Assembly: GCA_965218795.1 (NCBI GenBank)
Contig: OZ244653.1
Coordinates: 2,784,001-2,848,000, forward strand
Length of the DNA: 64,000 nucleotides
Reading direction: 5' to 3'
Source: a bacterium
Lineage (GTDB): Bacteria > UBA8248 > JACPRG01 > G963555815
This document shows, piece by piece, positions 60,188-64,000 of the stretch; position 1 is the first letter of the stretch; each line of letters opens with the position of its first letter. Under the pieces are notes generated by a model. It saw only the letters and a program-made list of their open reading frames with translations, was not told where the DNA came from and ran no database searches. The position numbers and the translations under genes are program-made.

Positions 60188-61948
60188 ATGAACCGCACCC
60201 CCGACGCGACGCCCGACGCGCTCCCGGACCGGATCCGGGCCCGGGTCCATGGCGGCGCGCTTCAGCGCGTCACGCGCATGTTTGCGGCAAACCTCACGGA
60301 CGCGCTGGTCGAGACGCTCCAGAATGGCCGCAGGGCCGGGGCGACCCGGGTTTGCGTCACCATCGACGCCCCGGACGGCGAACCCTCGGACGACACGGCC
60401 GGCGCCCTGACGATCACGGTCACCGACGACGGGGCCGGCATCGTCGATCCCGCCGTTCTTCTCAGCTTCGGCGAGACCGGCTGGGACACGGACCTGGCCG
60501 GCCGCGAGGACGCGGCCGGGATGGGATTCGCCAGCCATGCCCGCCAAGGCTGCCGGATCCTCTCGCGGCCCCGGTCACCGGACGGTCATGCCCGGCCGGG
60601 CTGGCGCGTCGATCTCACGCCCGCCCATTTCCTGGGGGAGGAGGATGCACGCATCATCCCCGACGACAGCGCGCCCTGGCCCCACGGCACCACCGTACGC
60701 TTCCAGGCAGGGGAGACCCGGGAGGCGATCCGGCGCGCTGTGGAGAATGCGGCCCGACATTATCCGCTCCCGGTCACCCTCGATGGCGAGACCGTTCCGA
60801 GCCGGGCATTCCTCGACGGCGCCGTCCATGCCGAGCCCTGGCGCGGCCTCGTGTTCGGCGTCTTCGTAGGCCGCAACCGCGGCTACAACGAGCCCGACCT
60901 CAACTTCCACGGCCTGACCCTGTGGGTGCGTCTGTCCACGGTCGATCCCGTCAGCGGCCAGGCCTGGTCGGTCCGCGCCGAGGTCGTGAGCTGTCCCGAA
61001 CTCGAGCTGGTGCTGCCGGCGCGGAAGGAGGCGGTCGAGACCGAGTTCCTGAAGGAGGTGCGCGAGGCCGCGCGCATCGCCATCTACCGGGCCATGGCAG
61101 CAGCGGATCCCGTGCCGCGCATCGCTTTCGAGGACTGGACGCGCGCGCAAGCGGCCGGCATCGAACTGCCCATACCGGCCCCGCAACTGCGGCCCTGGCG
61201 GCCTTGCATCGCCGATATCGACGACTGGCGCGAGGGGCCCGGGCTCGCATCCGTATCCAACGACGCCCTCGTGATGCAGGTCGATCCGGAGCCGCCCGAA
61301 GCCCAGGCGTTCTGGCGCGCGGCAAGGCGAAACGGCTTCGCGGACCGGCTGTTCGAGACCGACCGTCGCCTCGACGGCTACGGCTGGTACGACGCGCTCG
61401 ACCGCGTCGAGAACATCCACACCGAGATCACGGCGGACGGCAAGACCTCTCCCCTCCACGCGTTCCCGTTGCCGGAGCGCACCGGGGTGCCCGCGGCGCC
61501 CCTGCCGGCGAGACCGGAGGCGATCCGGATGAGCCTCGCCGTCAAGCCGGCGCAAGGACCGGGACGCATCCTCGACATCAAAGCCGATCTCGCCTTCGCC
61601 GGCGAGGCTTGGTCCTGGGTCGGAGATGCCATCTCGCTCGTTACCGCCGACAGCGATCTCGATCCGGGAGAGCTCGCGCTCCTGCTGCGCGCGGGCTTCT
61701 TCTCGCCCTCCGACGATGCGGACGCGGACAGTCACGAGACCCAGGGCATTCGGTTCGACGAGGGGGCCCTGCACCTCGCGACCAGGCTGCTTTTCAGTGA
61801 CGAGGAGGCGCGCCGGACGTCCATCGTCGAAGCGGTCAGGCGCGAGCTCATGTGGCTCGTTCCCCGCGACCGCGCCGTCGATATCGCGGTGCGCGGCCGG
61901 GAGGTGACGGTGATGCTGGGCGAACCCGTCGAGGAGGCCGCGCGATGA
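60188..61948 (+). CDS. GHKL (HATPase_c) N-terminal domain protein
   Basis: ETLQNGRRAGA (N box), DDGAGI (G1), AGMGF (G2), GTTVRF (G3). Confidence 0.8.
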   Translation: MNRTPDATPDALPDRIRARVHGGALQRVTRMFAANLTDALVETLQNGRRAGATRVCVTIDAPDGEPSDDTAGALTITVTDDGAGIVDPAVLLSFGETGWDTDLAGREDAAGMGFASHARQGCRILSRPRSPDGHARPGWRVDLTPAHFLGEEDARIIPDDSAPWPHGTTVRFQAGETREAIRRAVENAARHYPLPVTLDGETVPSRAFLDGAVHAEPWRGLVFGVFVGRNRGYNEPDLNFHGLTLWVRLSTVDPVSGQAWSVRAEVVSCPELELVLPARKEAVETEFLKEVREAARIAIYRAMAAADPVPRIAFEDWTRAQAAGIELPIPAPQLRPWRPCIADIDDWREGPGLASVSNDALVMQVDPEPPEAQAFWRAARRNGFADRLFETDRRLDGYGWYDALDRVENIHTEITADGKTSPLHAFPLPERTGVPAAPLPARPEAIRMSLAVKPAQGPGRILDIKADLAFAGEAWSWVGDAISLVTADSDLDPGELALLLRAGFFSPSDDADADSHETQGIRFDEGALHLATRLLFSDEEARRTSIVEAVRRELMWLVPRDRAVDIAVRGREVTVMLGEPVEEAAR

Positions 61949-62427
61949 ATAAGCCCTACACGGTCCAGTGCGGATATTCGACCCACTTCGCCAATACGGT
62001 CACCGTGGAAGCGGAGACCCTCGAGGAGGCGCTGGACAAGGCCATCGAGACCGCCAATGCCGATGACGCCTGGCGCTCGACCGGCCATTGCAGCGACACC
62101 TTCGTAGACGCCGTTTGCGAGGGTGCCGATGCCGATCCCTGGGACCCGGACGCGGCATGGCCGATTCCGGACCGGTTCACCGAACGCGGCGAGCCGCCGG
62201 TCATCACGCTGACCGATCCGGGCAGGCCGGACGGCGGCATCGCGGTCTCCGGCGGACGGGTGCTCATCCGCTTCGCAGGTGATGCCGGCACGGTCACGGC
62301 GGAGCTTTGCGATCCCCCGCATCCGCCCGCCAACAAGCCGCTCGTCACCATCCGCCGCCGCGCCGACGGCGCGCCCGACGTCACCGTGACCGAGGGCCGG
62401 GCCCGGGTCCGCATCCTCGACGCCTGA
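61945..62427 (+). CDS. Hypothetical protein
   Basis: GAGGAGG RBS, ATGA overlap with the upstream stop (MNKPYTVQC...). Confidence 0.7.
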   Translation: MNKPYTVQCGYSTHFANTVTVEAETLEEALDKAIETANADDAWRSTGHCSDTFVDAVCEGADADPWDPDAAWPIPDRFTERGEPPVITLTDPGRPDGGIAVSGGRVLIRFAGDAGTVTAELCDPPHPPANKPLVTIRRRADGAPDVTVTEGRARVRILDA

Positions 62428-62946
62428 CCCTGGCTGCCCGCCACCGGCTCACATCGGGATCCGGCGGCGGCCCCCGCTTCCTCGTCCCTCATCTCCGGGA
62501 GACATGTTCCATGAAACTCATGACCAAAAAGCAGCGCGAAAAACTGCTCGCCAACGGCGCCGACCGCGGGGCCGACCATGTCCCGGTGGTCAAGCTCTTC
62601 AACCCCTGCGGCGCCGGCACCTGGCTCTTGACCGAACTCGATCCCGAGCAGCCGTCCGTGGCTTTCGGACTCGCGGATCTCGGCTTCGGCTTTCCCGAGC
62701 TGGGCAGTTTCAGCCTGGAGGAACTGTCGGCCTTCCGGGGGCCGTTCGGGCTGGGCATCGAGCGGGACCTGCATTTCGATCCGCACTTCAGCCTCGCCAT
62801 CTACGCCGAAGCCGCCCGGGCCGCCGGCCATATCGTCGAATACGGTCCCGAACTCGACGCCGCCGCGCACCGCCGCACCCACGCGGCAGCCGGCGCCTGA
62901 CCCTGGCTTTCCGCCGTCGGCCCACACCGGGATTCGGCGGCGACCC
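62421..62946 (+). repeat. 53-bp imperfect direct repeat (62421-62473 and 62894-62946) flanking the DUF2958 gene
   Basis: 45 of 53 positions identical by manual alignment; each copy starts CGCCTGACCCTGGCT and includes the preceding stop codon. Confidence 0.85.
62511..62900 (+). CDS. DUF2958 domain protein
   Basis: DHVPVVKLFNP.GAGTWLLTE, AFGLADLGFGFPELG, GLGIERDLHF. Confidence 0.88.
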   Translation: MKLMTKKQREKLLANGADRGADHVPVVKLFNPCGAGTWLLTELDPEQPSVAFGLADLGFGFPELGSFSLEELSAFRGPFGLGIERDLHFDPHFSLAIYAEAARAAGHIVEYGPELDAAAHRRTHAAAGA

Positions 62947-63061
62947 GCCTTGCGTCCCTATGAGACGAGCCTGGCTTGACCGGGGCGATCCGTGAGGCCC
63001 GGGGGAGCGTTTCCCCCGCCACCGGCCCACCGCGATTTCCACGATTTCCGAGGAGAACCCG

Positions 63062-64000
63062 ATGCCCGACGCCCTGACGGCGGCGGAGGGCGAGCCTGCG
63101 AACGCTCGTCCGCGCGCCCCCCGCCCCCGGTTCATCCCGTCCATGTCCGCGGCCCAGCTCTTCGCCGCGACCCGGGCCCTGTTGCCCGTGCTGACAGCCG
63201 GCCGTGTGCTCGACGCGGCAACGCTCAGGGACGCCATGACGCGCGCCTTCGGCGCTACGGATGCGGAAGGCGCCTGGGTCTGGAAGGACGCCTACGAGGC
63301 CGGCGAAGCGGCGGTCGTCCTGTTCCTCCAGCGCTACGGCCGGGCCATGCGCCGCCGGGCCGGGGTCGGCGGTCCCCCCGCCATGCTGGCCATGCTGCAA
63401 AAGCTCGCCGCCCTGGAGCCGTCCCATACGAAGCGGTCGGAAGAGCAGATCCACCTCCAGCAGTTCTCCACGCCCCTCGGCCTCGCCTACGCCGCCTTGC
63501 AGGCGGCGGCGATCCGGCCCGGCGACGTCGTGCTGGAACCCTCGGCCGGCACCGGGATCCTCGCCGTCATGGCCCAATGCGCCCTCGGGGACCGGACCGC
63601 AGGCGCGCTCCATCTGAACGAGATCGCTGCCGTCCGCGCCGGCCTTCTCTCGCGGCTCTTCTCGAACGCCGCGGTGACCGGCTTCAACGCCGAGGTCATC
63701 GCCGATTACCTCCCCGGGGTCCGGCCGACTGTCGTGCTCATGAACCCGCCGTTCTCCGCCTCGCCCGGTGTCACCCGGATCCGCCACGACGCCGATCTCC
63801 GCCATTTGCGATCGGCCTTCTCCATGCTGGCGCCGGGCGGCCGGCTCGTCGGGATCACCTCGGCGGGCTGCATGCCCGGCGATGCCGCCTGGACGGACGC
63901 CTTCGAGGGTCTCGATCCCCCGGCGCGCACGGTGTTCTCCATGGCCATCGACGGCCGAGCCTATGCGCGGCGCGGCACCACCTTCGACACCCGCATGACC
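63062..64000 (+). CDS. Strawberry-notch-like methylase/helicase, N-terminal part (runs off the window edge)
   Basis: Not in the ORF track. Manual translation gives AWVWKDAYEA, SHTKRSEEQ..LQQFSTP, VLEPSAGTG, LNE and MNPPF methyltransferase motifs; GAGGAG RBS. Confidence 0.85.
   Translation, partial: MPDALTAAEGEPANARPRAPRPRFIPSMSAAQLFAATRALLPVLTAGRVLDAATLRDAMTRAFGATDAEGAWVWKDAYEAGEAAVVLFLQRYGRAMRRRAGVGGPPAMLAMLQKLAALEPSHTKRSEEQIHLQQFSTPLGLAYAALQAAAIRPGDVVLEPSAGTGILAVMAQCALGDRTAGALHLNEIAAVRAGLLSRLFSNAAVTGFNAEVIADYLPGVRPTVVLMNPPFSASPGVTRIRHDADLRHLRSAFSMLAPGGRLVGITSAGCMPGDAAWTDAFEGLDPPARTVFSMAIDGRAYARRGTTFDTRMT

Overview
GC-rich bacterial window with a metabolic left part (1 to ~43.9 kb) and a mobile right part (~43.9-64 kb). 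The main hidden signal is two probable selenoproteins that the ORF track splits at in-frame TGA codons. (1) ORFs 5703..6278 and 4860..5669 are one frame encoding a CstB-like persulfide dioxygenase/double-rhodanese fusion. Its TGA (5705-5703) sits at the conserved Cys of the PGH..GS-x-C-G motif and is followed by a SECIS-like hairpin. The gene heads a same-strand cluster with a ferredoxin-NrfD fusion, a Tat-less molybdopterin oxidoreductase and a TauE exporter. (2) A DsbA/FrnE-like gene (11817..11125) reads U-P-W-A at the CxxC site. The metabolic part also has an AtzD-family ring-opening amidohydrolase, a complete N-methylglutamate pathway (gmaS, mgsABC, mgd genes in shuffled order), NMT1/THI5-type and BMP-type ABC importers, an orphan xanthine-dehydrogenase large subunit, creatininase and cyclase family genes, and a frameshifted toxin-antitoxin islet. 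The mobile part has a truncated integrase, a low-GC SIR2 / middle component / Rad50-like ATPase operon (ABC-3C or Lamassu-like defence), an IS30 element interrupted by an intact IS3 element, a RIT-like remnant, and an ICE/plasmid leading-region block (AAA ATPase, DUF3150-like, vWA protein, ParB, GHKL ATPase, DUF2958, strawberry-notch methylase). I saw no rRNA, complete tRNA or CRISPR array. All family calls come from motif recognition by eye, not database searches.
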